A DNA stretch of 59,854 bases, the filler included, from Callorhinchus milii (taxonomy: Eukaryota): the NCBI RefSeq assembly GCF_018977255.1. It is 2 parts of 2 records of this genome, joined end to end, with 100 filler letters (N's around TTAATTAATTAA, not from the genome) between each part and the next. Parts side by side here need not be neighbours in the genome. Positions count along the whole stretch, not along the records: positions 1 to 29,898 come from NW_024705641.1; 1 more part is not named here. One strand, 5' to 3'. How positions within the stretch are numbered: the first letter of the stretch is position 1; the number at the start of each line of letters is the position of its first letter. Below the pieces are notes generated by a model. That model made no database searches and was not told the origin of the DNA. It saw nothing but the letters and a program-made list of their open reading frames with translations. This document shows, piece after piece, positions 11,610 through 24,510 of the stretch. Made by a program: the position numbers and the translations under genes.

Positions 11610-12045
11610 TTTGAAGCTTTCGTGACTGCAAGGATTCATACTCTTAGGTTTTTTTCAGTAAAGTCACGTAGGAAAATAATAATAATAAAATAATAATAAA
11701 TCACGACGTTTCGGAGGCAACACAAGTCTCCGTCTTCAGGTGGGACCGTCACAGCTAAATTTACTGTATCAAGTGAAGAGAAATCCCAAAGACAAGATCT
11801 TAAATACTGGTTAAGGGGAGGGTGGAGGGGCTTATCTAAATGTGGCAGTCAGGGACTGGGAGGGTGGGGGGCGGGGCTAGAAGGGAAGGTACAAATGAAG
11901 AACCTCACAGGGGGTACGGCCGATGTTGGCTGCCAAAACCAAAATATCAGCACTGTTAAGAGCTGGGGATGTCAGCAACTTGGTAAAATCGACTAGTACC
12001 TGTCAAATAAGATGGTACAAATATGTGTAGTTAAATCTTTTTTAC
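11610..12045 (-). mobile_element. Penelope-like element remnant, second subfamily
   Basis: Left end AAGCTTTCGTGACTGCAAGGATTCATACTCTTAGG resembles 7799-7837 and 28598-28635; carries a hammerhead. The right boundary is approximate. Confidence 0.6.
11702..11742 (-). ncRNA. Minimal type I hammerhead ribozyme
   Basis: Minus strand CAC-CTGAAGA-C-GGAGAC-TTGTGTT-GCCTCC-GAAACGTC-GTG: complete core, stem II, palindromic ACGT in place of stem III, 3-bp stem I. Confidence 0.75.
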
Positions 12046-12046
12046 A

Positions 12047-12605
12047 TGGTCTAACCAGGCTGGATTGTGTGAGGAGCTCACAAATCCTTGAAAGATGTGG
12101 ACAAAGTCCCATCAGTGATCTCTTTCGGCAGGCAAGGCTGCATTGGCTGGGCCATGTAGCCCGCATGCCCAGCCACCGCATGCCTAAACAGCTTTTGTTC
12201 AGCCGGATCGTGGGGGCTAAATGGGCATGGCACGGGCTAGAGAAGAGATGGAGTGATGTGGTACAGGAGGATGTGGAGCTGAGTGGACTTGCCGATGACT
12301 GGTACCAGTGGTGTCAAGATTGGCCTCTGTGGAGGAGGCTCATGAAAGACGCTACTGGGCAGTTGGAGGCAGTCGCCCTCCAACAACAACGGAGGGCGGA
12401 GAAGCGACGCTCACAACGCCAGGTGGCTAAAGCACAGCAAGTTGGCACAGTAGGGACACAGGTGGTGCATCAACCAGTCGTCTCAGTTAGTCGACCTGTG
12501 GCATCTGGGTCTGCCCCGTCACCTGCCAGCGGGCGTTCGACACTTCATGTGGCCTCAAGGTGCACATCGCCTGGCACAAGCGTCGTGGTGACGTCACCGC
12601 CACTT
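12047..12605 (+). mobile_element. RTE LINE C-terminal fragment (inverted relative to the adjacent RT piece)
   Basis: GLTRLDCVRSSQILERCGQ...RLHWLGHVARMPSHRMPKQLLF; same family as 1561-3780. Confidence 0.85.
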
Positions 12606-12999
12606 CGCCTCCCATTATATCTGTACCAAATGGAAATTCCTCCGGTACATCTATTAAAGGCTTCACGAACTATGTGGTCAAAATAGATGTTAAATAATGT
12701 GGGAGCCAGAGGACGTCCCTGTCGCACCCCAAGGTATACATGGAATGGCTCTGACTCCCGGCCACGTAGTTTTACCCGGGCCCGCTCACCATCATGAAGG
12801 CCCTTAATGAGTGTGAGCAGAGGGTCAGGGACTCCGAAAACACGAAGAACAACCCAGACCCCAGGCCTACTGATGGTCTCATAGGCCTTGACCAGGTCAA
12901 TAGAGCAGAGATGTAGGTCTTGTTGGAATTACCGATATCTCTGCTGTAGCAGACCGACAGAAAATATGGCATCTGTGCAGGACCGCCCTTTCCTGAAAC
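12606..12999 (-). mobile_element. RTE LINE RT fragment
   Basis: Matches 2645-3030 (GVRQGRPLAPTLFNIYFD region up to FRKGRSCTD). Confidence 0.85.
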
Positions 13000-14258
13000 G
13001 CACACATTGACTCTCACACACACACATGGACCTACACACACAGGAAGAAATGGACTTGCTCACTCGCATGGAGCCATGCACACGCATCAACTAACACACA
13101 CACACATATGACTGACACAAACACACATCGACGCAGACACGCACATCAAATCACACGCACACATGGACTTGGCACACACATACATATAAAAAAATGTACT
13201 AAGTTAATCTTAAAATCTTAGTTGTCTACACACACACATCACGCACACACATTGACTAACACACATTGACTAACTCACACATCGACTCGCACGCACTAAT
13301 GGACTCACACACATGGACTTACACGCACAGCGACTTACACACACATATCGACTTACAAAGACACAGCTACTCACACATACACACACATACATCGACTCAC
13401 ACATAGATTTACACTTACACACACACATCGACTCACACATCAACTCACACATGCACCTACACACACACAACGAAATGGACTTACACACTCACATGTAGCC
13501 ACACGCACACATTGACTGACACACACATAGACTCACACACTTCGACGCAGACAGGCACATCGACTCACACGCACATATGGACTTAGACACATTATTTTTA
13601 AAAAATTTAGTAACCGAATAGTTACATATTAGTTGTGTACACACACACACCACGCACACACATTGACTAACACACAGACACACATCGACTGACACACAGA
13701 CATATCAACTCACGCACACACACATCGACTCGCACACACATCGACTGATACACACACCTTGCAGGCTGGGGCTGGGCCGCTACCCCCGCCCTCCCACCAT
13801 CCCCACGCCTGCGCTACAATAATACTAAGCGCTATAATATTAATATCTACGGACTCTATAGTAGTAACTGCACGCATTGGGGTGGGGGAGGGGGAGAAAA
13901 GGACATCACACTGTGAAGAATTAACCTTAAGTGTTATGTGTGTTTTGATTTAATTTTTACACGTAAAATAAAATGTCCCTCTCACCCCCACCAAACGCGT
14001 GTCACTGGGTAGGGCCGTCATCCCCAGCGAAGGTGTGTGAGTTGGTATGGTCGATCGCGTGCTATTGAATAAATATATAAACGAAAACTGCACAAAATCG
14101 CATATTAAAGTACTTTAAATTTGATGGATGGGAAAAAGGATAGCGCTTGCTCACGTCGGGACTTACGGCATGGTACCTGCCTATTTTCTTTTTTACATAA
14201 ACCCCACCGTTTGAGAGTAAGCGTGCGCACACACAGACAAAATATGACATAAGTAAGA
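13000..14258 (-). mobile_element. Helitron family A-related 5' half (CA array + 5' body)
   Basis: 13760-14230 is homologous to 26380-26870; minus strand starts A|TCTTACTTATG at 14258. Confidence 0.6.
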
Positions 14259-15119
14259 TGTTAATGATCCATGTGCAATGTATGTGTATTTATGTGGGAG
14301 CGGTGGCAGTTATTTCATTGCATTATGAACTCATGAATTAGAGTTTGATTATCACTGACAGCAAACACGATTGATAAGTAAAAGCTGAACTTATTGTGGG
14401 CCTCTGCTATGTTGATTGATCCTCAATTAATTACATGGTGAAGTGAGGAAGCATTAATACTGAGCAGATGAAGGTGGCCAGGAATGGTTCCGGACACACC
14501 ACCACATTTTTACCATGCCAGCGTGTGACAGTGTTAAGTTTGTAACTGCTATAAAATATAACTTTTGAAAACGGAGGATAAATCTTAACAATAGTTAATT
14601 TAGTTTTCCTCTGGAACGTTTTTCTAAGAATACATAGGAAATTAACACAGCATATATGCAATTGATGTTAGATCTGTTAATCCAAGCTTTCAAGCAAATC
14701 TGAGCCTGGCTTCACACCTCTAAGTTGCGATTGAACATTAATTTATGCATTCTGCATAATACAAGTAGTATTATATTCAACACCCTTTGCTATATTACCT
14801 GAATTTTGCTTTTATAAATATTCATTGTGTAGCCAGACAGCCGAAATTGTGTGTTTGGAGTTTGGGTTAACATTCATTTTGAAGATACAAGGGCTTCCAG
14901 GCATATTTATGACCATTTGACCTCTCATTGTGTGCCTTAAGAGCCCGTGTGATGAATTGGGGTATCTCTTTCACTATCATGAATATATGAATAAGTATAG
15001 ATGTGTAAATCATTTGTGACTGTGTATATATGCATTCTTCTGTGCCTTGATACTGACGTAAATATTGTGGATATTTGTTTTCTGTCTGCAGCTGATGCTT
15101 GCTCTGCAGAATTGGTCTG

Positions 15120-16003
15120 ATGGAGCAAAGGCACTCAGCTCAGCTCGGTACAAAAAGACAACAATGCGACCAGTGTGCATACAGCACGGATCGTACTGGA
15201 AATTTGATGCATCACCAGAGAACTCACACAGGAGAGAAACCCTTCAAGTGCACTGTGTGTGACAAGGCATTTGCACATTCATCAGTTCTTAAAAATCATC
15301 AGAGAACACACACAGGAGAGAAACCCTTCAAGTGCACTGTGTGTGAGAAGGCATTTGCGCAGTCAACATATCTTCAAACACACCAGAGAACACACACGGG
15401 AGAGAAACCCTTCAAGTGCAGTGTGTGTGGAAGGCGTTTTCACAGTCATCTCCTCTTGTATTACACCAGAGAACACACACGGGAGAGAAACCCTTCAAGT
15501 GCACTCTCTGTGAGAAGGCGTTTGCACGGTCAACATATCTTCAAATACACAAGAGAACACACACGGGAGAGAAACCCTTCAGGTGCACTCTGTGCGGGAA
15601 GGCGTTTGCACAGGCACCACATCTTCAAAGACACCAGATAACACACAGGCATCATAAGATCCCCAAGGAGCGGAGTCTCAAATCGGCTTGTGAAAGTCAA
15701 AGTGCTGCAATGAGCCCATCCCTCATAAAACAAGAACCACATGAAAATCCCAGCTTGGACAATTTGAAAGGTATCAAGGTGAAATATGAAGAGGTGAAGG
15801 TGAAATATGAAGAGGCGAAGGTGAAATGTGAAAAAGTGAAAGTGAAGAGTGAATCGGACCTTCACATCGATGGAGGCAACGTAAAGCAGGAGGAAAATTC
15901 AGACTGTGAGGCAGAGCGAGGCAACTCCCTGCAGTTTGTGGAAGTGGAGGTGTGGATGGACTTTGACAATACAAAGTCAAGTGGAGATCCGGGAGATGTG
16001 TAA
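15120..16003 (+). CDS. C2H2 zinc-finger protein (6 fingers, TGEKP linkers, acidic tail), with a 1-bp frameshift in finger 4
   Basis: ORFs 15099-15641 and 15416-16003 join if one base is restored at 15429-15430 (TGT GG- AAG). Splice acceptors at 15091 and 15109, ATG at 15120, stop TAA at 16001-16003. Confidence 0.78.
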
Positions 16004-17616
16004 GCTTGGACACTGAAGCTCCGATAGATTGACCTTTGTCACAGGCCTTTAATGAAAGAATGTGAAGTTGAACACTCAATTCCTAGGTTCAACCTGCAGA
16101 GTAAGAACGGCAAGTATTTGTGGACCTGTGGTTTGGTAGATCTCTAACCAGGAGCCAGAGCCAATAAGCTCCCAAGCATTCACTACCCTCCCCTCCCCAC
16201 CCAGCCCCTCCCTCCCCACCCAGCCCCTCCCTGCACGACGGACACAATAATCCCCTGTGGGCTAGTGTAACCAGGAGGTTCCTACCAGCATAATTGCATA
16301 TATATGGTGCTTGCTTAATTGCCTCAGCAACTCGGAGTTTTGTATCATATCTAATCAAAAACATTCGATAAGCACCCCAAAGTGGGAGCTGCCCCTGTGT
16401 GGCATAAGGTGGCCCTGCATCAGCCTGCATGTGGCATGAGTCTGTCAGTAGGGGGCAATAACTGATGTGTAATCTCAGTTGTGTAATTTGTGGGTAATGT
16501 TCGAATTTGACAAACTTTAACCACGACGTCAGCATGCAATGGCCTCGTTTTCAATGACACAATAGTACGTTTTACTTTCACTGTTAAGCAGACGGTGCAT
16601 AGTTGTAATGAACGTTCCTGGACTAACCAGGGATGCCTGTCGGACTTGAACCTTGAACCTCTGCATCAAACATAGAATGCACTACCACTTAGATTCCATC
16701 AAACTGAGTGCTGCAGGTGTAGGCCTCATCCAGACAGAGATCAACTTCTTGTACATACGATATAACATGAAGTACATGTCAGTGCATTAATTATATTTTT
16801 TTAATATGCCTATCGATAATTTAGAATTATAATTTAATGAATACTTGTCTGATTTTGTGCATACAGGTAACATTTTGTCTAAGGGTCAAACATGGAATAC
16901 GTGAAAAAGTGGGTGCTTGGTAGTAACCTGCACATATGACTCACGTGAGAGCTGTTGTTCTTGTGATACAAGTCCAAGGATATTTTCGTGATTCAGGAAG
17001 CCTCTGCCTCTGCAGCAAGTCATTGTCTTCGAAATAAGGATCATTGCATCATTCATCAGTTACAAGGCATACCACTTACAAGTTATGGATAGGAGATACA
17101 TTCCCTACAACACGAATTATAATTTTCTTTATATAGATTTTGTCGAATTAGGACTAAAATTATCCTTGCTGATTAACATCTGCATATTCGTAACTATCTG
17201 TTGAAGCAAGCCCGAATGCTGTTGAGACACTACACCAAAACCGGTCCACAGTTGGCTTTCGCTGAATCAATGATGCACTCCCAGAAGCTGGTGGTATTTA
17301 TAGTTTGTGTAAAACATTCTTTGTTTCGTGGAGAGACTGATGAATGAAATAGATGTCGTGTCTGCTGATCTGTTTCATAGCAAGGAGGAAATTTTAAGAT
17401 CCCATTTGCTTAAATAAACGTTATTAAATCACTACATCGATTTCACACATTGCTTTACCACGTTTATGTAAAACCCCCCTCTGGAGACGTCACCTCAAAG
17501 TCACAAGTAGGTGATGTCAGCGCCTCCCTATCTCTGGTTTGTGACCTCACCAAGAGCACAACTCACCCGTCGACGGGGGGGGGGGGGTGACGACGGTGCA
17601 CTGAGTTTTATAATTC

Positions 17617-17920
17617 ATTTGCACGATTATCAAATCTTGACCGAAACCAGAGAACACACACAGAAGAGAAGCCCCTCACTTGCACTGCATGTGGTAAGAC
17701 GTTTACACGGTCATCAAATCTTGACAACCGCCGGAAAACGCATTAAGAAACCCTGTCAAGTACACTGTGTTTGAAGGCATTTGAAGTGTTTTGAAACCGA
17801 AACGCGGATAATGAGATCCATAAGGAGCAGAGTCTGCATTCGAGATGTGAAATTCAAAGTGCCAAAATAATCCATCCCTTGTAATGCAAGAACCATAAGA
17901 AATTTCTAGCTTGGATAAAG
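17617..17920 (+). pseudogene. Decayed C2H2 zinc-finger paralog fragment
   Basis: Broken finger and linker sequence (CAGAGAACACACACAGAAGAGAAGCCC...) and a segment at 17871-17917 matching the 15716-15762 tail of the upstream ZNF; stops and frameshifts. Confidence 0.7.
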
Positions 17921-18239
17921 GGCCAGAAGGAAAGGTGGCACGAAGACTCCAGGCTTTGACCTCCAGGTCGTCAATGAAGGCAGCTGAAAGCGGGAGGAGA
18001 GGTTTGACTGAGGGAGCTCGGGACAAATCAGATTGTTTTGGGATTTGGAGGTTTGGGTAATTTTTTTGTTTATAATGGAGAGTAGGAGCAGCCAGTATAT
18101 TTGACCATACATGTTGGGTAGAACCTGTATCAGGAGCGTGAGACACGCAAGCTCCATAGCATGCACCTTGGGATACTAATGTAGTGTCTTCAAAAATTAT
18201 GACACGTAACAAGTCACCTGCTTACAATTTATTCGCCTA

Positions 18240-20920
18240 CTAGCGGTTAGTACCCGGCGTTGCCCGGGCAAAAAAGGCAGCCACACATGTAGTTACACAC
18301 GCAAATCGACTAACACGCACACATAGAGTTACACGCACAAATGGACTCACACATACATACATAATAGACTGAACAACAACAACCGCCATTCGCCACTAAG
18401 TGGCGGTGACGTCACGACAACGCTTGTGCCAGGCTATGTGCACCTTGAGGCCACGTGAAGTGTCGAATGCCTGCTGGCAGGAGGTCACGGAGCAAACCCA
18501 GATGGCACAGGTCGACTGACTGAGACGACTGGCTGATGCACCACCTGTGGCCCCTACTGTGGCAACTTTCTGTGCTTTAGCCACGCGGCGCTCCGCTCAT
18601 TGTTGTGAGCGTCGCTCCTCCGCCCTCCGTTGTTGTTGGAGGGTGACTGCCTCCAACTGCCCAGTAGCGTCCTTCAGGAGCCTCCTCCACAGAGGCCGAT
18701 CTTGACACAGCTGGTAGCAGTCATCCGCAAGTGGACTCAGCTACAAATCCTCCTGTACCACATAACTCCATGTCTTCTCCAGCCCCCTGGATCCGGCCGA
18801 ACAAAAGCTGTTTAGGCATGTGGTGGCTGGCCATGCGGGCTACATGACTCAAGCAACGCAGCCTTGCCTGCCGGAGGTCACCGATGGGACTTGGTCCACA
18901 TCTTTCAAGGATTTGTGAGCTCCTCACACAATGCAGCCAGGTTAAACCCAGGATGGATCGTAGGCAGGCCATCCTAAATGTTTCTAACCGGCGAAGATGT
19001 TCCATTAGGGGGGTCCAAGTTTCGCAAGCATAGAGTTTGGAGGGAATGACCGTGGTGCCGAGAAGACCTGAAGCTTCGTACGGAGTGATAGAGCAGGTAG
19101 CTTCCACACAGCGTTACGCAGCCAATGCAAAGATAATGCAGCTCGACTTATTTGGAGTAAGACCTTTGCTGTTAAACCGGAGCCGGTCATTAGCACACTG
19201 GCAAGGTATGGGAAACTCTCCACTGTCTCCACAACAGCCCCATCACCAATTGGGAGTTGTGGGGTGAAATGTCCGATGGTATAAAATAGCCAGGCAGGTG
19301 CTTAGTTTTGGTGGGGCTGATGGTAAGGCCCCACCTGTTGGTGGCAAGCTCCAGGTTCAGCAGCAGCACCTCGAACTCCTCCGAGTGAGCAGCAATTAGC
19401 AGATAATTGGCATACATAACGTGGTTGAGCAATAGGGAGCCATCCCTTGACTGCACCCGGGCATCGATCAGCCTCTCATTGTATCTGTAGCAGATGGTAA
19501 TTCCTCTGAAGTACGTGGTAAAAATATATGTAAAATAATGCGGGAGCCAGACATCCCTGTTGCACCCGAAGGTGTAAAGGGAATGTCTCTGACTCACGGC
19601 CACGTAGTTTGACACGGGGCCGCTCACCATCATGAAGGTCCTTAAGGATCGTGAGCAGAGGGTCAGGGACTCCGAAAGCACGAAGAACAACCCAGAGGCT
19701 AGGCCTACTGATGGTATCATAGGCCTTGACCAGGTCAATAAAGCACACACATGGACTAAGACGCACACAAGGACCAACAGACACGCAAAGAAATGGACTT
19801 ACACTAACTAACATGGAGCCACGCACACACAGCGACTAACACACATGCACATGGACTGACACACATACACTTGAGATATACACACACATGGTGTCACACA
19901 CACACATATCGACGTACACACAGCAACTCTCACACACACACATAGACTCACACACACATACATAGACTGACACACATTGGCGTACACACACATATGGACT
20001 CTCATACACAGACATATACTTTAAATAAAGACGCATGGAGTAACACACACATATCAAGTCACACACATGCATTGACTTACACACACACATCGAATGACAC
20101 CACACATGTATGGACTTATACACACATGTAGACTAACACACACACATATGGACTGACACATACATACACATGGACGTACACACACACTGACTGACACACA
20201 TAGACACACAAACGCACATTGACTTACACACTGACATGGAGCCATGCACACACATCGACTAACACGCACACACATATGGACTGAAACACACACATCGACT
20301 CTCACACACACATCGACGTGCACAGCAATCCCCGATGATGGCACAGCTATCAGCATCGCAGTACTACGTATCAGTAAATTGCAGGACGTGAGCAATCGAA
20401 ACAATAGAAATGCATAGTAGAAATAATCTGAAATAAGTGTATATTAAATAGCAGCAGTACGCACAGGTACGTTGAGAAGCAGGCTATAGTATAGATTATA
20501 GACTGGCAGTACGCCGACTCAATGACATAAGCATTGCTACAGTGGCGATAAAAAGCTGACAATACAGGCAGCAGCTGAAAAAGCAGGATACAGTCGACAT
20601 GAAAGGCTGGCAGTACACTTAGTGAGGTAAAGAAGCAGGCAACAGATTATAGACTGGCATTCACTCATAATGGGTAAAAGCAAAATTAACAGTGTAGATA
20701 ATAGTGGCAGTGCACTGACGTTAATGAATCAGCAGTCGACAGCACACAATGGCAGTACACCGTCGCAGCGTCGTAAAAAGGAACACAAAAGGGAAATATT
20801 TAGCAACCTAAGAATGAAAATGTAGTTTTCTGCACACAAACATTATGATTGTAATATTAGGCAACGTATTAGTTTGATTATAGTAAACAATGAAGCAGAG
20901 TTGTTCTCTGCATAAACATA
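18240..20920 (-). mobile_element. Non-autonomous Helitron family A, 3' portion
   Basis: Minus-strand 3' end CCCGGGCAACGCCGGGTACTAACCGCTAG|T at 18240-18269; RTE cargo, CA array, and body homologous to 21540-21690. Confidence 0.8.
18372..19745 (-). mobile_element. RTE LINE cargo fragment
   Basis: Runs from CFIDLVKAYD to the stop and (GTT)n tail; degenerate. Confidence 0.9.
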
Positions 20921-20921
20921 A

Positions 20922-23812
20922 TCTTATATATAAAAGTCTCCGTGCGCTCGCGCTTGCGGGAGATTTGGTTCTCGGACGGTGGGGTTTAAGACCGAAATAA
21001 TTTGCCAGGCGGCACGCTCTAAGCCCCGCGGTGGGAATAGGCTATTCCGTTTTCCCGTCTGTTGACGTTAAAGTAGTTTAATTAACACATTTGTGCCGTT
21101 TATATTATTCTTTATTTACTTATTGCACGACATCGACCGTACCAAGTGACGCCAATTGCGTGGGGGGGGGACAGACCCTGCCAAGTCATGCGCGTTCGCT
21201 CCAGCTCACGGGAGACATTTTATTTTACGCGTTTTACAGCCAACACATACACACATCACGCTGCGGATATTTATTCACAGTGTCATGTCCTTTTCGCCCC
21301 CCCCCTCCCCCCCCACACGATGCATTCAGTTTATACTACAGACTCCGTAGATAATATTTTACTGCTTACATAGCATTATTCTTGCACGGGCGGCGGATTT
21401 TGGGGGGGGGAGGGTAGCGGCCCAGCCCCTAGCCTGGCAACGTGCCAACTCCACCGCCTCGCCAATATAGGCCAGGACGGGGGCTATGCATCGCACAAGG
21501 CCTCAACATGCCTATGGTAAGTACAAATTTCCTTGCTTCTTACGCTAACAACTCAAGTCCATTGTTTATTATTGTTAAACACATTAGTTGACAAACATTA
21601 CTATAATAATGTTTGTGTGCACAAAACTTTATTTTTAGGTTGCTAAATATTCCCTTTTAAGCTGCGCTTTTATGACGCTGCGACGGTTTGCCAGTCTGTG
21701 ATCTAGCCATGTACGTCCATGTGTATGTGAGTCCATATGTGTATGTGTTAGTCCACATGTGTTTGTAAGTCTATACATGTGTGTGTCACTCGATGTGTGT
21801 GTAAGTCAATGCGTTTGTTTGAGTCCATATGTGTGTGTTCATCCATGTCTGTGTATCTCAAGTAGATGTCTGTGTGTCACATGTGTATGTGTGTAGGGCT
21901 GTGTGTGTGTCAGTCTATGTGTGTCTAAATCCATGTGTGTGTCTTAGTCCATATGTGTGTAAGTACATATGTGTGTTTACGTCAATGTGTGTGTGAGTCC
22001 ACGTATGTCTGTGTGTGAGTCGCTGTATGTGTGTACGTCCATATGTGTGTGTAACTCCATGTGTGTGTATCTCAAGTGGATGTCTACGTGTGTGTCAGTC
22101 CATATGTGTGTGTGTCTAAGTCGATGTGTTTGTGTGTGTGAGTCCATATGTGTGTGTGTCTGAGTCCATGTGCGTGTGTGTTAGTTGCTGTGTGTGCATG
22201 CCTCCATGTTAGTCAGTGTAAGTCCATTTCTTTGCGTGTCTGTAGGCCCATGTGTAGGTCTTAGTCCATGTGTGTGCTTTATTGACCTGCTCAAGGCCTA
22301 TGATACCATCAGTAGGCCTGGCCTCTGGGTTGTTCTTCGTGCTTTCCGAGTCCCTCACCCACTGCTCACCATCCTTAAGGACCTTCATGATGGTGAGCGG
22401 CCCCGCGTCAAACTACGTGGCCGTGAGTCAGAGCCATTCCCTGTACACCTTGGGGTGCAACAGGGATGTCCTCTGGCTCCCACATTATTTTACATATATT
22501 TGGACCACGTAGTTCGTGAAGCCTTCAATGGCTGTACCGCTAGAATTTCCATCTGGTACAGATACAATGGGAGGCTGATCGATGCCCGGGTGCGGTCAAG
22601 GGATGGCTCCCTATTGCTCAACCACGTTATGTATGCCGATGATCTGCTAATTGCTGCTCACTCGGAGGAGGAGTTCGAGGTGCTGCTGCTGAACCTGGAG
22701 CTTGCCACCAAGAGGTGGGCCTTACCATCAGCCCCACCAAAACTAAGCACCTGCCTGGGTATTTTCTACCATCGGACACTCCACCCCCACAACTCCCAAT
22801 TGGTGATGGGGCAGTTGTGGAGACAGTGGAGAGTTTCCCATACCTTGCCAGTGTGCTAATGACCGGCTCCGGTTTAACAGCAGAGGTCTCACTCCGAATC
22901 AGTCGAGCCACATTATCTTTTCATTGGTTGCGTAACACTGTGTGGAAGCTACCTGGTCTATCACTCCGCACGAAGCTTCAGGTCTTCTCGGCCACGGTCA
23001 TTCCCTCCCTTCTCTACGCTTGCGCCCCCTAATGGAACATCTTCGCCGGTTAGAAACATTTAGGATGGCCTGCCTACGATCCATCCTGGATTTAACCAGG
23101 CTGCATTGTGTGAGGAGCTCACAAATCCTTGAAAGATGTGGACAAAGTCCCATCGGTGAGCTCCTCTGCCAGGTAAGGCTGCGTTGCCTGAGTCATGTAG
23201 CCCGCATGGCCAGACACCGCATGCCTAAACATCTTTTGTTCGGCCGGATCGAGGGGGCTAAACGGCCGGCACGGGCTAGAGAAGACATGGAGTGATGTGG
23301 TACAGGAGGACGTGGAGCTGAGTCGACTTGCCGATGACTGGTACCAGCCGTGTCAAGATCGGCCTCTGTGGAGGAGCCTCCTGAAGGACGCTACTGGGCA
23401 GTTGGAGGCAGTCGCCTCCAACAACAACGGAGGGCGGAGGAGCGACGCTCACAACAACGAGCGGAGCGCCGGGTGGCTAAAGCACAGCAAGTTGCCACAG
23501 TAGGGGGCACAGGTGGTGCATCAGCCAGTCGTCTCAGTCAGTCGACCTGTGCCATCTGGGTCTGCCCCGTGACCTCCTGCCAGCGGGCGTTCGACACTTT
23601 ACGTGGCCTCAAGGTGCACATAGCCTGGCACAAGCGTTGTGGTGATGTCACCGCCACTTACTGGCGAATGGCGGTTGTTGTTGTTCAGTCTATGTATGTA
23701 TGTGTGAGTCGATATGTGTGTGTAACTCTGTGTGTGTCACTCGATTTGTGTGTGTAACTACATGTGTGTGTCTGCCTTTTTCGCCCGGGCAACGCCGGGT
23801 ACTCACTGCTAG
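20922..23812 (+). mobile_element. Complete non-autonomous Helitron family A (2.9 kb)
   Basis: A|TCTTATATATAAAAGTCTCC ... CCCGGGCAACGCCGGG hairpin ... CTAG|T: canonical 5'-TC, 3'-CTAG, A/T target, no TSD. Confidence 0.88.
22273..23684 (+). mobile_element. RTE LINE cargo fragment
   Basis: CFIDLLKAYD, GVQQGCPLAPTLF, MYADDL, VESFPYLAS, C-terminal CPVTSC..H...H; (GTT)n tail. Confidence 0.9.
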
Positions 23813-24450
23813 TAATATTTGTAAACTTATTTGTTTAAGAATACATTGGACTTGATTTGTTAGTGTAGAAGCTTGAAATGTGTATTTACCATAGGCGTGT
23901 TGAGGCTTTGCATGCGTAGCCCCCTCCTGCATACATTGGCGAGCGCGGAGTTGGCACGTTGCCAGGCTAGGGCGGGCCGCTACCCCCAGCATCCCCGCCG
24001 TGCGAGAATAATGTATGTAAGCAGTAAAATATTATTATCTAGGAGTCTGTAGTATAAACTGACACATCGTGTTGGGGGGTGGGCGAAGAGGACGTAAACT
24101 GTGAAGAAAAATCCGCAGCGTTATGTGTGTATTGTTTGCTTTAAACGCGTAAAAGAAATGTCCCCGTGAGAGGAGCCAAGGCGCATCACTTGGCAGGGTC
24201 CGCCCCCCCCAGGCAATTGTCGTGAGTTGGTATGGTCGATGTTGCACAATAAGTAAATAATTAAAATAAGAATGCAACAAAATCGTTAATTAAACGACTT
24301 TAAAGTTTACGGACGGGAAAACGGAATAGCCTATTCCACCGCGGGGCTTAGGGCGTTCCGGCTGGCAAATTTTTTTGTATTTAAAACCCACCGTCTGAGA
24401 GCCAAATCCCCCGCAAGCCCGCGTGCGCGGAGACTTTTATATATAAAAGA
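23813..24450 (-). mobile_element. Helitron family A, 5' portion
   Basis: Reverse complement of 20922-21600; ends at GGAGACTTTTATATATAAAAGA. Confidence 0.75.
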
Positions 24451-24510
24451 AAAGAAAAAGAAAAGAAAGAGAAAGAAAAGAAAGAAAAGAAGAAGAAAGA
24501 AAATAATAAA

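Noticed and set aside
11331..11693. (VVSTDST)n mucin-like ORF
   Set aside because: In-frame read-through of the 21-bp satellite; neighbouring units contain stops and indels.
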